From NCBI RefSeq assembly GCF_036321535.1, contig NC_087437.1:107200001-107264000 (forward strand): a DNA stretch of 64,000 bases. Reading direction: 5' to 3'. The stretch's first letter is position 1. The number at the start of each line of letters is the position of its first letter. The notes under the pieces were generated by a model. That model searched no databases and was not told the origin of the DNA. It saw only the letters and a list, made by a program, of their open reading frames with translations. Positions 51,308 through 64,000 of this stretch are shown here, piece after piece. This DNA comes from Camelus dromedarius (lineage: Eukaryota). The position numbers were made by a program, and so were the translations under genes.

Positions 51308-53958
51308 GAGTAATCTCTTACATAGTACCCCCATTCATTTCTGCTGCCTGTGTGCTCCCAACAGTTAAACCAAGTTTTAGACAAACTCAATAGTTTGTGG
51401 AAGTCCTATTTTCTCAATATATAAGAAGCAAGGTTGTTGGCTAAGAGTGAAGGAAGACGGCACGAGGAGACAGGAGACTGCGAGACAGGGTGGTCTAGGA
51501 AAGGAGGAGAATAAATTGGTTACTCATTTCATTTCAGCATGCTCTGGAGAAAATACAGGAGAGGATGTAAATATGTGTGGCCTCACTTACATGCTCAAAG
51601 AACAACAAAAATCAGTTTTAAACGGAAAAAAAAAGGTATCTAAAAATGGGTACGACTCACTATGAGTTTTTATTTAGCTTAAATGTTATGGCAAATTGTA
51701 TACCTGGGCTAAAGATAAATAATTACATTTTGAATTCCAAAGATGTGGCATTTCTAGTTGAAGCAAGCATGTTCGCCTTTACTTATCCTTTAAAGTGACT
51801 GAAGGCAAACTAAACATGCTAAAGTTTGATATAATAGAATAATCATATTTCCCCAAAGGATTAAGTCTGGGTGAAACCCACTGAAAAATTTAAGTATTTT
51901 GGTTATTGAAGGATTTTAAGTGGTGTGTTTATGAGGCAGCTTGCTGTGCTAGGAATAGCATGGCTTTGGGGTTGAAGAATCACGTGTTTGGTCTGAGTCT
52001 CAACTCTGCCAGGTAAATTTCCTCACCTATTAAAATGTTCAAAATAATATTTTCCTCATCTATTAAAATAAGAAAATGACCGGTTTCCATATCTATTACA
52101 ATAACATTTCCCCTTCAGCAATGTTGGGTGGAGTAGAAGTCATTTTTACATAGTACCAGGTATTTTGAAGGCCTTTAGTAATTAGAAATTGCTCTACTGC
52201 GGAATTACAGGATTCTATGGACTATTTCCTCCTGGTGGCTATAGTGAAATTTAAACTCTGCTTAGGATCAGATGGGACCACTTTTACATCCGTGAAATCA
52301 ATCATTCACATTGCAAGAAGGATGCCAAATACCATGTCTATAATTCTTGCTACAGGAAGTTTACTCATTATTTCAGTTTACCTTCTTTTTAACCAAGACA
52401 TCAAACATGTGACTTGTTTGCAAGTGGCCATTCCTTTCATTGGCTTTTGAAGGATTGATATAAAAGAATCACCATGCCTATGGCCTGGCTTATTTCCTAG
52501 ACTATTATTTTAAAAAAATGTGTTTGGACAGCATATAATGTCATAAGTATCTCACTATATAATAAAAATATTAAGGTGTGTCCTGGATAAGAATTACTAA
52601 ATTAGAAATGTGCTTTCATTTAAACTTCTACGTTAAGTTTGAGCCTGAAAGTTTAACGAAGTGTGATTCAGAGTGTGCTGCGTTGTCTTATAAACATATT
52701 GGAATGGACATGTCAATAAACCACTGGACCTTTTTACACAGTGATAAGGTCTCCAAGAAATGCATCTGGGAGGAGAGGCGTATGGTATGCCATTTATATT
52801 TAAAGTCAAAACATTTCAATGTCCATCAGTCATTTGAATGTTATCAAGTTTCATTGTATTCAAGGAGAGAGAGAACATTCTTCTTGACAACTGGTTTACC
52901 CCTGGTTTCAACAACTCTCCACATTCTCCCCTTCCACATTAACCACCCTCCCCTGTCTAAACTACAACCCCTTTACCTACTATCTCTCCTTTCCACACTG
53001 CCAAACTCCCACACAAAAAACAAAACAGACAAATAAAAAACATTAAACACTCCCTGGGTGACCTGTTTCCTTCCTCACCCTTTTTTTGTACTGCTTGACC
53101 TTTGTAAGGTCCTGGAATCACCCCAAGCTGGACATCACTAGTCCAGAGCTTGGACAAAGTAGGTGGACAGTAAATACTTATTAAGCGAATGAATGAATTG
53201 TGTCAACAGCCCCAAAATTTCCCTCTATCATTCTGTTTTCAGTTAACTATGTTGGCATCCATTCATCTGTTGCAGAAAAAAACCCCCATGAAATCATCCT
53301 CATTCCTGACATTTATTTGGTCAACAAGTCCTGGCAATTTGACCTCAAAAATAACTCTAAATTCATCTCCTCCTTTCTGTTGCCTTTGTCATATTATCTC
53401 ACCTGGATGTTAGGATGAGACTGATCTTGTCTTTGACCCCTCCTAGTTTCTTTTTTACATAGCTTCTAGGTTGAACACATTAAAATTCACATTTCATAAA
53501 CCCATATTGACTTGCTGCATAAAATACCTTTTAAGAGTTCCCCACTTCTTACATGAATAAATCCAAAGTCTTTAATACCATATAAAAGTCCACCACCAAC
53601 AAAGCTCCAGATTAAACTTCACAACTAGCCTTTCTTCCATGCTTTTCCTTCTCTGGTCAAACAGGATTCCTCTCCCTTCTCAACACTCCTTACTCTTTTA
53701 TTGCCTCTCCCTTTTACTTCCTGTTCCTGCTACTTTGGTAACTTTCCCCCCACTTATTTTTCTGGATAAGATGCATTTAATCTGCTATTACAGCTGAAAA
53801 ACTTGGGGATGTGCCCTTGACTCAAGGAGAAACTTGTCTTTCCTTGTTTGTGCACCCACTGTTGTGTCAAGGGGTTGTAGTTACTCGACATGCCTCTGGC
53901 CCCCGTAAGACTGTGATCATCTCTGGGGAAGAATCCTCATCCTACTGTTCTTTGTACC

Positions 53959-54195
53959 CGTGTTAGTTTCCCGTGGTTTCTTTAACAAACGATCGTAAGC
54001 TTGGTGGCTTCGAACAAGAGGACTTTTCTCACAAGTCTGAAGGCCAGAAGTTCAAAATTAGTATCACGAGGCCAAAATCAAAGTGTTAGTAGGACGGCAC
54101 TTCCTCTGGAGGCTTTAGGAGAGAATCTGTGTGTTTCCAGAGATTCCTGGAATTAGGACCAGATACTTTTGGGGACCAGCATTCAAGCCAGTACA
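53959..54195 (-). mobile_element. MLT1 (D/E-like) LTR, internally deleted; 3' LTR of a MaLR element
   Basis: 'gtgttagtttcc...aagcttggtggctt...aggccagaagttcaaaat...aatcaaagtgttagtagg...tctggaggctttaggagagaatct...ttttggggaccagcattcaagccagtaca'. Confidence 0.75.
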
Positions 54196-55640
54196 GTCTA
54201 CCCTGTACCTATAAAGTTTCTACATGGTCTACAAAGTTTCATGTCCATCCCACACATAAAATACACTCACATCATCCCCTCATTTCCAAAAGTCTCAACC
54301 CATACAACACCACCTCAAGTCCCAAACCTCATTTAAATATCATCCAATTAAAAATCCCAAATCTCATTCCCCTGAATCATCTAAATGAGGAATATGCAAG
54401 ACTCAAGGTATGGCCATCCTGAGGCAAAATCTCTCTTCATCTTTGGATCTATGAAACTAGAAAACAATTTATCTGTTCCCCAATTGTAAGAGTGGGGCAG
54501 ACATAATAGTTACAGAAATTTTCATCCCAAAAGAGAGAAAATGGAAGAAAAAGACCACTAGTCTCACACAAGTTTGAAATCCAGCAGGACAAATTTGATT
54601 GGGTTTCAAGGCTGGGGAACAGTCCTTTGAGGATCAGAGGCTCTGGTCTCTGTGTCTTTGACTCCACTCTCTGGGCAAATGGCTCTAGTCCCTGTGCCCA
54701 TTGCTCTGGCCTCTACACACATGGCTCTGGCCTCTGGAATCAAGGCTCTGGTGTTGGAATCATAGTTCCTTTTTCTTGAATGGTAGCTCATGTTTGCATC
54801 TGAATAGTTTTATCTGCCTGCTTCCAGCTTCTAGAATTTTGGAAGTCTGACAACCCTCTTTCATTTTGTCCCAACTCTTTCACTCTCAATGCAAGCTGAC
54901 AGTTTTTTTGCTGATGTAACATTCTTAAAAAATGGCTTGGCTCTCTGGTGTATGTCACGCAGGATTCACTCCATTAGACAAGAGTGTTCGCTGAACATCT
55001 TTCCTGTGTCATCCCAACTCTAGTCTACCTTCTGCTGAGATGAGGAGATCTATGAGTCACATGCCTAATCTCTCGCACTCTAGCAAGAAGTGTCCAGCCA
55101 CACTTTTGACCTTCTCTCCAGAAGACGCTTTCCTAACAGTGAATTTCCTACTTTTAGCTGTTTTTTTTTTTTTCAATCTGGATAAGCTAAGAATGTTCCC
55201 AGTTATCAAGTACTGGCTCCTTTTTGTTTAATAGCTCTTTTTTCAATTTACCTTTTCCACTCATATTTTACTATAAGCAGAAAGAAGAAAACAAACTATA
55301 TCTTCAACACTTTGCTTGAGATCTCCTCAGCTAAATATCCAAGGTCATTGCTTACAAGTTCTGCCTTCCACACAACTGTAGGGCACAATTCAGTTACATT
55401 TACTACCCTTATATAACAGGAACTGCCTTTCCTCCAGTTTCTGATACCATGTTTCTCATTCCAGTATGAGTTTACCAGAAGTGTCTTTAAATATTTATAT
55501 TTCTACCAGCAATTTGTTTAAGGCAACCTAGGTTTTTTCTAACACGTGTCAAAATTTTTCCATCTTCTATCACTACCCAATTCCAAAGCCACTTCCACAA
55601 ATTTTATTACTCAATGATGACACTTCTTGGTACCAAAATC
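54196..55640 (-). mobile_element. MaLR internal sequence (MLT1-int)
   Basis: 'ttcatgtccatcccacacataaaatacactcac...catcctgaggcaaaat...atctcctcagctaaatatccaa...cactacccaattccaaagccacttccaca...ggtaccaaaatc'. Internal GGCTCTGG repeats at about 54640-54750. Confidence 0.8.
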
Positions 55641-56150
55641 TGTATCAGTTAAGTTTCCACCAGAGAAACAGAATAATAAGACACATAACACACACACACA
55701 CACACACAAATAATAATAGATTATATATATATATATATATGTATATATATGTGTGTGTATACACACACACACACACACACACAAAGTTATTTATTGTAAA
55801 ACACTATTTTATGCAGTTGTGGGAACTGGCTATGGTCAATTGAAAATCCATAAGGCAGGCTTTCAGGAAGGGCAGGCTGGAACTCTCAAGCACAGTCTGA
55901 AGCTTTAGTCCCAGGGCAGAATTTATTCTTCTTCAAGAATGCCTCCTTTTAACTCTGAAGACCTTTCAAATGATTGAACCAGGCCCAACCAGATTATCCA
56001 GGATAATCTCCTTTACTTAGAGTCAACTGATTATGAACTTTAATAATCAATTATTAGAGAAGGTAACAAAGTATCTTCACAGCAACACCTAGGTCACTGT
56101 TTGATTGAATAACTGGGGACTATAGCCTAGTCAAGTCAACACAGAAAGCT
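55641..56150 (-). mobile_element. MLT2 (D-like) ERVL LTR with (CA)n/(TA)n microsatellite
   Basis: 'tgtatcagtt...ccagagaaacagaa...caggaagggcaggctggaactct...aggcccaaccagattatccaggataatctcctttacttagagtcaactgatt...ttcacagcaacacctag...tttgattgaataactggggactatagcctagtcaagt'. Microsatellite at 55688-55783. Confidence 0.8.
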
Positions 56151-56533
56151 GTAGAGTTGGGATAGATTCTAACATACAGTAGGATCTCACTTTACTTATG
56201 CTGAATAAACAAATGGATGCTGTCTCACTCTATGAGCTGTTCTTCTGCTCTACTTGACTTTCAGTAGAGCTTGGATTTTATGGTCAGTTTCTTCAATAAT
56301 GTCATCACTACTATATTTCAGCCCCTAAGACCATGCCTTTCCCAATCCTGGATCAGCCCTGCTGCACAATTTTCTTGTTCTTAATCTTGATTTATAGTCA
56401 TAATGCCTTGAGCACTGGTACAGAAAATCATGGTTAAGAAAGAAAAAGGGCTAATATTGAGTGTCAATTGTTTAATAGGTATAAAGACATGAAAATTTCG
56501 AACAGATTCATTTTAAATTGCTCATCAAAAATT

Positions 56534-56855
56534 GACAAAAGAACTTATTTACAAAACAGAAACATATTCACAGACATAGAGAACAAACTTATGGTTACCA
56601 GGGAAGGGGGTGGAAAGGGATAAATTGGGAATTCAAGATTTGCAGGTACTAACTACTATATAAAATAGATAAACAACAAGTTTATACCATATAGCACAGG
56701 GAACTATATTCAATATCTTATAGTAACTTATGGTGAAAAAGAGTATGAAAACGAACATGTGTATGTTCATGTATGACTGAAGCATTATGCTGTACACCAG
56801 AAATTGACACAGCATTGTAAACTGACTATACTTCAATTAAAAAATATATGTACAA
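56534..56855 (+). mobile_element. 5'-truncated L1 3'UTR tail
   Basis: 'gaacttatttacaaaacagaaaca...cacagacatagagaacaaacttatggttaccagg...aactgactatacttcaattaaaaaa'. TSD caaaaatt at 56526-56533 and 56856-56863. Confidence 0.9.
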
Positions 56856-59289
56856 CAAAAATTTGTTTATTTGAATAATTACTTCTCAGTTATTTGAAAT
56901 TAATCTATTCCTCCTATTAATTACTATTCCACATCTTTTTCACGTCTGTTCTTTTTTTCTAACTCCCTCCTGAAATGATGAATCTGAGAAATTATCTATT
57001 GATAGCTACATCCTACACACAGTTTCCCAGGTTCTCTTGGAAAACTTTCAGTCAAACTGAAGTTTAATCCTTAAATTCCTCAAGATACGAACTTTGCTTA
57101 AGTTAATATTCTAAAACATGGCAACAGTCCATGTAAGTTTACTATCCCATCAGAATTGAAATCCCCACTCTGCACTCTTTGAAATCACTTTGAAAATGTA
57201 AATAATATATTATTCTCTTTTAGTTCTCCTATTCCTCATAAATTACCAAGGATTACATATGGCGACTTGGCTTGTCCTCTGCAATTTTGTTCAGGTCCAT
57301 ACAATACAGTTCATTTTGTTCAGGTCCATACAATACAATACAGTCCTAGACACTATGACACCTTGCAAAGCCAATGTCCTTTGCTATTTTTTCACCAATC
57401 TGAGGTTTCAATTTTAACTAAATGAACTCACTTGAGTTTGAAAATTATCCTTTTTGATAGAGAAAATGAAAAAAAAATACATTGGATGGGAAGAGTTTAT
57501 TCTACCCTATGAATCCTGACTCTTAAATTTATGCAAATAGATTATGTATCTCATCTGTCTGGTTCTTACTCATAGTATAAATGGTTGTTGAATAAATGAC
57601 AAGTTTTTATTGTTCTTAGCATTTCTCAAAAACCTCAGTTTTATGATCAGCTTTTTCAGCAGTGTTCTCAATTGTATTTTATCCCTGGTAACCAGCACTT
57701 TTCTCTTTTATGTTTCTGCTTGGCAAATATTCAAGTACCTTAGAGTTCTTAGCCCAGCTTTGTAAATTGCCTTAAGCACATCAGCGTTTTCTTCTCCATG
57801 GGCCTAATTTTTAATTACTTACTTAGAACTTCACTTCTGATATATCACCTGCCCTCTTAATATTTCCTCTCTTGCAGAGTTCCTATTTGTGTGGTCATTC
57901 TTATCCTTTTTATTCTGAACTTTTAAACATCCTGGTCACTAAATCTAGAATTTACATCCGAAAGGTTAGGACGCCAGGCAACATGAATACACTCATCTGT
58001 GACAACTTCTAATTTCAAATTGGGTCAACTACCCAGGGAATTCTTGATCTTGTTTGGTGTGAAAACTTGAGTCAAGTATGTTCTGTGGAATATTGTAATC
58101 TGGATTTCTGTTAAATTGACTGGAAACATGCCAAAGTATGTGTTGTTCATGATTTGTTTTTCCATCCCTGCCTCCTCCACTGCTACCCATGTTCATCTGA
58201 CCGTAAAAGGCCTTTCTAACTAGGGCAAATCCATCCATGTTTGTATTCCTCAAGTGTTTCAAGCTATTTTTCCAACTGTTGGGGTTTGGCAAAGTCTTGT
58301 CAGCTTCTTGCCAACTTGGTTATTTTTTTTTTCTTTTTAATTTTCAAACCCAAGTGTATTTCTAGGGAAATGCAGTCCATATGTTTCTTATTTACTTATA
58401 TATAACTCATAAAATAGTTTCTGATAATTATTTTACATTCACAGTATCTCACTGCTGTTCCGCACCCATGCCTTGGTCAATCCAGAAATGTTCCCTCTTT
58501 TGTATTTCCACTTACATGAAGAATTTTTAACCAAATGTGAAACTCAGATGGGCCAGAAAATTGAAAGGGTGGCAAAATGTAGTTTTCATTTCTCTTATTA
58601 GCTTTAATAGAAACGAACATTGCTCTTTTTGCCTAATTCATCAAAAGGTTAGGTCCATTCACATAACTAACGAATAACACATGCAAATAGCATGTGAGAA
58701 ATAAATGGGGAACAAGTTCTTTATATTGTGTCCTAGTAGCTCGACCCATTTGTTTTGGAATTCTCTTCCTTTCCCAGTTCCCTGAGAGAGAAATTTTTCC
58801 AGAAACAAGCACAATGCCAGTCCTCAAGTAGAATTCATTGGATTCCTTTCATTTTTTTCACATGAACTAAAAATTGCCACTTGAGTTTAAATCTTATATC
58901 TAAAGTCACTAGCACACATACTAAATTTTGACCTTTTTCTCCTCTTTCGTCTTAATTACCCTATCACCATTCAACTTAGCTTCTGCCCAAAGTGTGTTTC
59001 CTCTGAGTAGACCTCTACCCCATCACCACTCTGCTGCTATGGTTCTCCCATCACTCAGCATGGCTCTTTGAACATGACTCCTTGTGTCCATCTCTCCCTG
59101 TCCCCCATCCAGCCTCCACACCGCTACCTGAGTGATTAAAGAATTGTATTGGGTACTTTGTGTGAACCTGAGTTAATCTGTCTTAATTCCAAAGACAGAA
59201 ATGTTAGCTTTAAATCCCTACAAGTTTGGGAAAATAGTTGGTATCCAGTGATCACTGCTCAATAGCAGCTTGTATATATGTTCAAATTT

Positions 59290-59523
59290 CTTTTTTTTAA
59301 TTTTATTTTTATTGAATGTAGTTGATTTACAATGTTAGTTTCAGATGTACAGCAAAGCAATTCAGCTATGTATATACACATACATATATATATATATTTC
59401 AGACTCTTTTCCATTATATGTTATTACAAGAAATTGAATGTAGTTCCCTGTGCTATACAGTAGGTCCTTGTTGTTTATCTATTTTATATACAGTAATGTA
59501 AATCTGCTAAGCTGAAACTCTTA
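59290..59523 (-). mobile_element. L1 3'UTR tail (older cetartiodactyl type)
   Basis: 'tagttgatttacaatgttagtttcagatgtacagcaaag...gttccctgtgctatacagtaggtccttgttgtttatctattttatatac'. Confidence 0.85.
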
Positions 59524-59624
59524 ATCAAATCCACTTAACTGTGACAATATACAAATATAATTCTAGGAGCTAAGCGCAGGGATAAACTTCAGCCACTTTA
59601 AAAAATTCCATAGAAAGTGAGAGT

Positions 59625-60095
59625 GGTATTGTTTATCAGTCATCCAGCAAGAAGGAACAAGTAACACATTTCAATGATGATCATTCCAGGAAGCTTTACT
59701 AAAGGGGTTATTTGCAAGGGGTTATTTGTGTGCAAGGTGTGGGTGATCAAGGGATAGTGCAAAGTGATGTGGGATAGTAACTGTGGTAACCATTGGGTAT
59801 TGGGCTTGCGTGACAGAAAAATGTGGGATCAATTTCCAGGACCTGGGAAGGAAAGAGTCTGTAGCGAAGCCACCTGGAGGAGAGGAGCAGTGACCTTAGT
59901 TGAGGAAAGCAGCCAGCCTGAGGCAACCCCACAAGAAGGCAGCTTTGCAGGTAAATATCTTAAATTTACTTACCTCCTCTTTTTGACCAAATCCAGCAGA
60001 AGCCAGAAGGCAACGGTGCTCACTAATCTACTCCATAAAGATCAGCTTCCCTAAAGAGAAAGAGTGAAGAAGATAGAAAGTAGATTTGGAAGGAC
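59625..60095 (-). mobile_element. LTR33-like ERVL LTR relic
   Basis: 'tttactaaaggggttatttgcaagg...caagggatagtgca...aggagcagtgacctt...agaagccagaaggcaa...tcagcttcc'. Confidence 0.5.
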
Positions 60096-60789
60096 AATGA
60101 GAAAATCACCTGGAACATATGGAAAAGGACCATCAAAGGACTCCTGTTTAGCAAAGATACAAAGGAGACACAGCTCCAACTAAACTCACTGGGCTGGAAG
60201 TTCTAGGTAACTTCAATATCTATGCGATTCATTTACTTCAGATACATCTCTCAGATCTTGCTGGTTGATATCTTCTATTGCTTGTCAACAATGGACTTGT
60301 ATAATATCAGGTCTCTAATCAGGAAAAGGGAACACAATTCTCAGTGTGAATACAAGTCTGAGAAGGACTCTCCTGCTTCCAAAACATATGTTCAGTTTCC
60401 TACTAGGTTGTATCAAATTTCTTTGGACAACTATCCTCAGATCTCATTCTTGCAGGCATCATTTACACCCTGATCCACATAACGCTTAGGAGAACCTCTA
60501 CTAATGGAAAGAACATGAGATAAAAATGTTACAGCATTCTAGTGCAAATTTGGGTTTGGTTCCCAGAAAAGCCACTTAACTTTTCTTAAGATTTATTAAT
60601 ACTTTAAGTGTTATCTTGTCATCCACCCATTATTTTTATTTATTTACTTTTATCACTTTAAGTCCATACACTGTTTAATTTTTAAATTTTGAGACTAAAA
60701 TATGACATGGGTAAAAATGATTTGAAAACCACAAAGCTGTCTGCCAGTGCTTTTCAGTCCTGGCTCATCATAACAATTCATGCAGTTTT

Positions 60790-62213
60790 ATTTATTTATT
60801 TGTATATTTATTTATTAGGTTAGTTTTACTGAAGAATAATTGACTTACAATGTTATATTAGTTTTGGATAAGTTATCACAACACAGTGATTCAATATTTT
60901 TATAGATCATACTCCACATAAGGTCATTACAAAACATTCCAGGCTGTATTTCCCTGTGCTGTATATTATATCCTTGTAACTTACTTATTTTATACCTAGT
61001 AGTTTGTACCTCTTAATCCCATCATCTGTCTTGTCCCTCCCCTGACCCCTCTGCCCTTTGGTAAACACTAGTTTGTTCTCTGTTTCTATCACTCTTTTTC
61101 TGTTTTGTTATGTCCATTCATGTGCTTTATTTTGTAGATTCCATATATAAGTGAAACCCCAGTATTTGTCTTTATCCGATTTATTTCACCAAGCATAATA
61201 CCCTCCGGGTCCATCTACATTTTTGCAAATGGCAAAATTTCATTCTATTTTATTATTAATATTACATTGTGTATATATATGTGTGTGTGTGTGTATGTAT
61301 TTATATACACCACATCTTCTTTATCCATTAATCTGTTGATGGACACTTGGATTGCTTCCATATCTTGGCTATTGGAAATAATGTTGCTATAAACATTGCG
61401 GTGCAGATAACTTTTGAATTAGTATTTTCACTTTCTTCAGATATACACTCAGGAGTGGAATTGCTGTATCGTATGATAGCTCTAGTTTTAATTTTTTGAG
61501 GAACTTCCATACTGTTTTCCATAGTGAGTATACCAATTTACATTCCCCTCAACTGTGTACCAGGGTTCTTTCTTCCACATCCTTACAAACACTTGTTATC
61601 TATGGTCTTTTTGATGATAGCCATTCAACATGTGTGAGGTGATATCTCTTTGTGGTTTTGATTTGCATTTCCCTGATGATTAGTGATACTGAGCATCTTT
61701 TCATGTGCCTGTTGGCCATCTGCATGTCTTCTTTGTAAAAATGCCTATTCAGGTCTTCTATCCATTTTTTCAATTGAATAGTTTGTTTTTTGATGTTAAG
61801 TTGTATGAGTTCTTTATGTATTTTGGATATTAACCCCTTATCAGATATATCATTTGAAAATATCTTCTCCCACTCAGGAGATTGCTTTTTCATTTTGTTG
61901 ATGGCTTCTTTTGCTGTGCAAAAGCTTTTAATTTTGATTAGGTCCCATTTATTTATTTTTGTTTTTATTTCCTTTGCCTGGGGAGACAGAGTCCAAAAAT
62001 ATTGCTAAGACCTATGTCAGAGTGTTCTGCCTATGTTTTGTTCTAAGAGTTTTATGGTTTCCAGTCTTAATGGTCTTTACTTCATTTTGAGGTTACTTTT
62101 ATATGATGTGAGAAGATGTTCTAATTTCATTCTTTTCCATGTAGTTGTTTAGTTTTCCCAACACAACCTGTTGAAGAGGCTGTTTTTTCTTCCATTGTGT
62201 ATCCTTGCCTCCC
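60790..62213 (-). mobile_element. 5'-truncated L1 (~1.4 kb) with decayed ORF2 C-terminus and 3'UTR
   Basis: ORF remnants [27 protein letters not shown]...[21 protein letters not shown] and AMFIATLFPIAKIWKQSKCPSTD are typical L1 ORF2. Frameshifted. Degenerate TSD attcatgcagtttt / atacatgaactttt. Confidence 0.93.
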
Positions 62214-62711
62214 ATACATGAACTTTTAAAAACAAAATAGAAGTCTGGGTTCCAGCCACTGAACTTCCAGTGGGACGATTTTTGGTATGTCTTTTCATAA
62301 AGTTCCATAAGTGATTTGAACGTGTGGTAGGGGTAGTTGAAAAACAATTCTATAAAGTTGATTGCTTCAAGGGTTACTTAAAGTACACCACTCCCTGCCT
62401 CTTAGCCACTGTTGCTTTGTGTCTAAATATTGTATGCCCTCACTCACCTTCATGAGTTTCTGTTAGAACTAGGCATTGTTGGAGAAATAAAGAAGACAAA
62501 GACCTTCCGAGTTCACCATTCCATTACTATCTTATAACCAAGCTGAAGCTTTGTAAAGTATGGGCCACTGAGTTGATGCTTCGTTAGACTTTGGTCACAG
62601 GGTCTAGGATCCCACTGGGCACCTTCTGTGAAGAGCTTAGAAGAGCTCATAAACTGAGCCTTGGACACAAACTGTAGTAAAAACTGATCAGAATGCTAAC
62701 GTTCCCTGCCC

Positions 62712-62714
<3 letters not shown>

Positions 62715-62745
<31 letters not shown>
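62715..62745. repeat. (CA)n microsatellite
   Basis: About 15 units. Confidence 0.95.
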
Positions 62746-62746
<1 letters not shown>

Positions 62747-63782
62747 GTCACATTACATAGTTATTTCTAAATCCTTCTTACTGGCTCAAATCCACAGTCT
62801 AAATGGTCTCACATCCAGGATATTAGAATTAGAGTTAGATCCTCACAAGCTTCCACCATGCTCTGCCTAGCTGGCTAAAATTTCATCAAGACGAAATTAC
62901 GAAGGAAAAATGTTAATATGTTCCAAGCACTGCTAAGACACCGTCAACTCTTGCCTCTGGAACAGCATACTAAAAGGGCTAACCACATTGTCCAAGATGA
63001 ATCATATTGGGCCAAGATACACTTTTGGGCCAAGATGCCACTAAGACTGAAACCACAGCTTTTAGCATCCACCATGTCATTCGTATGCCAAACAGACCAC
63101 AAACAGAAGTCAGAGGCTTGACTACTTGCTAAACATTAGCACTAGACTCCATGAATCTTCAATAAATGGACAAAGGAATAAGTAAGTTCTGACCGCCAGG
63201 ACTAATCCAGAAGCTTTTACCTTTGGCAATGTCCAGAAGAGATCGCTCTCACTTTTGCCCAGCAAGATACTTTTAGACTAAATGGATGCACTTAGCCTTG
63301 CAATGATCTGTGTTCTGCTGCCCTTCAAACCAGGCTCAGGTTAAAGTGTGGCAGGTAACTCAGGGCCTTTGACCAATTTCTTCCCGCCAAGTCCCTGACC
63401 AAGGAGACTCTGCTTTCTCTTCCCCTGAAGGGAGTCAAGATACTAGAATCCTATTCTCCCTAATAATGATAGTTTTCTTCCTAAGGATTTAATTTTGGGT
63501 TTACTGTTTCTACAAATTGTGGTATTGAGAGTCTCAGGTCAGAGCAAACAGGTGTCTGATACACATGATTTGCACTCTGTTCTTTTTTTGGCAGAGATGG
63601 GATCTGGAATAATGCCTGCTTGGCAGGCTTCCCAAATTATCTGTTTAGAATTGTTAATAGCAGTTCTGTAAGGAGTGACTGTCTTTAGCCAATAAAAACC
63701 TCACTGATTCAAATCCTTACAAAATAGTAGCCTAGAAGTGCCAGTTATGTGCCACATACAATGGGAGGACAAAATGGTGAAT

Positions 63783-64000
63783 CCAAAACAAATGTCCATT
63801 GACAGATGACTGGAAAAAGAAGCTGTGGTATATTTATACAATGGAATACTACTCAGCCATAGAAAGAATACATTAATGCCATTTGCAGCAAGATGGATGG
63901 GCCTGGAGATAGTTATTCTAAGTGAAGTAAGCCAGAAAGAGAAAGAAAAATACCATATGATATCACTCATATGTGGAATATTAGAAAAGAAAAAAAGAAG
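63783..64000 (+). mobile_element. L1 fragment (ORF2 end / 3'UTR start), runs off the window
   Basis: 'aaatgtccattgacagatgactgga...tacaatggaatactactcagccat...ctaagtgaagtaagccagaaagagaaagaaaaataccatatgatatcactcatatgtggaat'. Confidence 0.9.

Noticed and set aside
54640..54750. Spaced GGCTCTGG repeats superficially like a repeat-spacer array
   Set aside because: Short, degenerate, irregular units inside the MaLR internal sequence of a mammalian genome; not CRISPR.
34400..64000. Short ORFs (60-152 aa) across the upstream region as a hidden gene or novel system
   Set aside because: No homology is recognisable other than L1 ORF2 debris, there is no coherent exon chain, and many start at non-ATG codons or overlap repeats. 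An unannotated lncRNA cannot be excluded from sequence alone.

Overview
Mammalian genomic DNA, very probably a camelid (camel, alpaca or llama), judged from six tRNA-Ala-derived Vic-1-type SINEs. The left half holds the 5' part of ADAMTS5 (aggrecanase-2) on the minus strand. Coding exons 1-4 lie at 32759-31656, 20609-20477, 10198-10031 and 1536-1253. They total 1689 nt (563 codons), have GT-AG junctions and stay in frame. They encode the signal peptide, prodomain, RRRRR furin site, zinc metalloprotease domain and disintegrin-like domain; the gene continues past position 1. A CpG island covers exon 1, the long 5'UTR and the promoter (about 31.55-34.3 kb). The ~30 kb upstream has no recognisable gene and is dense in transposon relics (L1, SINE, MIR, L2, MaLR/ERVL/ERV1 LTRs, hAT) and microsatellites. 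I found no evidence of a new biological system. The most interesting details are local: an LTR element with mismatched MLT1/MLT2 LTRs, non-repeat DNA inserted into an MLT1A LTR, a twin-primed L1, a +4 tandem splice donor after the catalytic domain, three uORFs and opposing G-quadruplex motifs at the promoter. Repeat family names come from recalled consensus sequences, not from a search.
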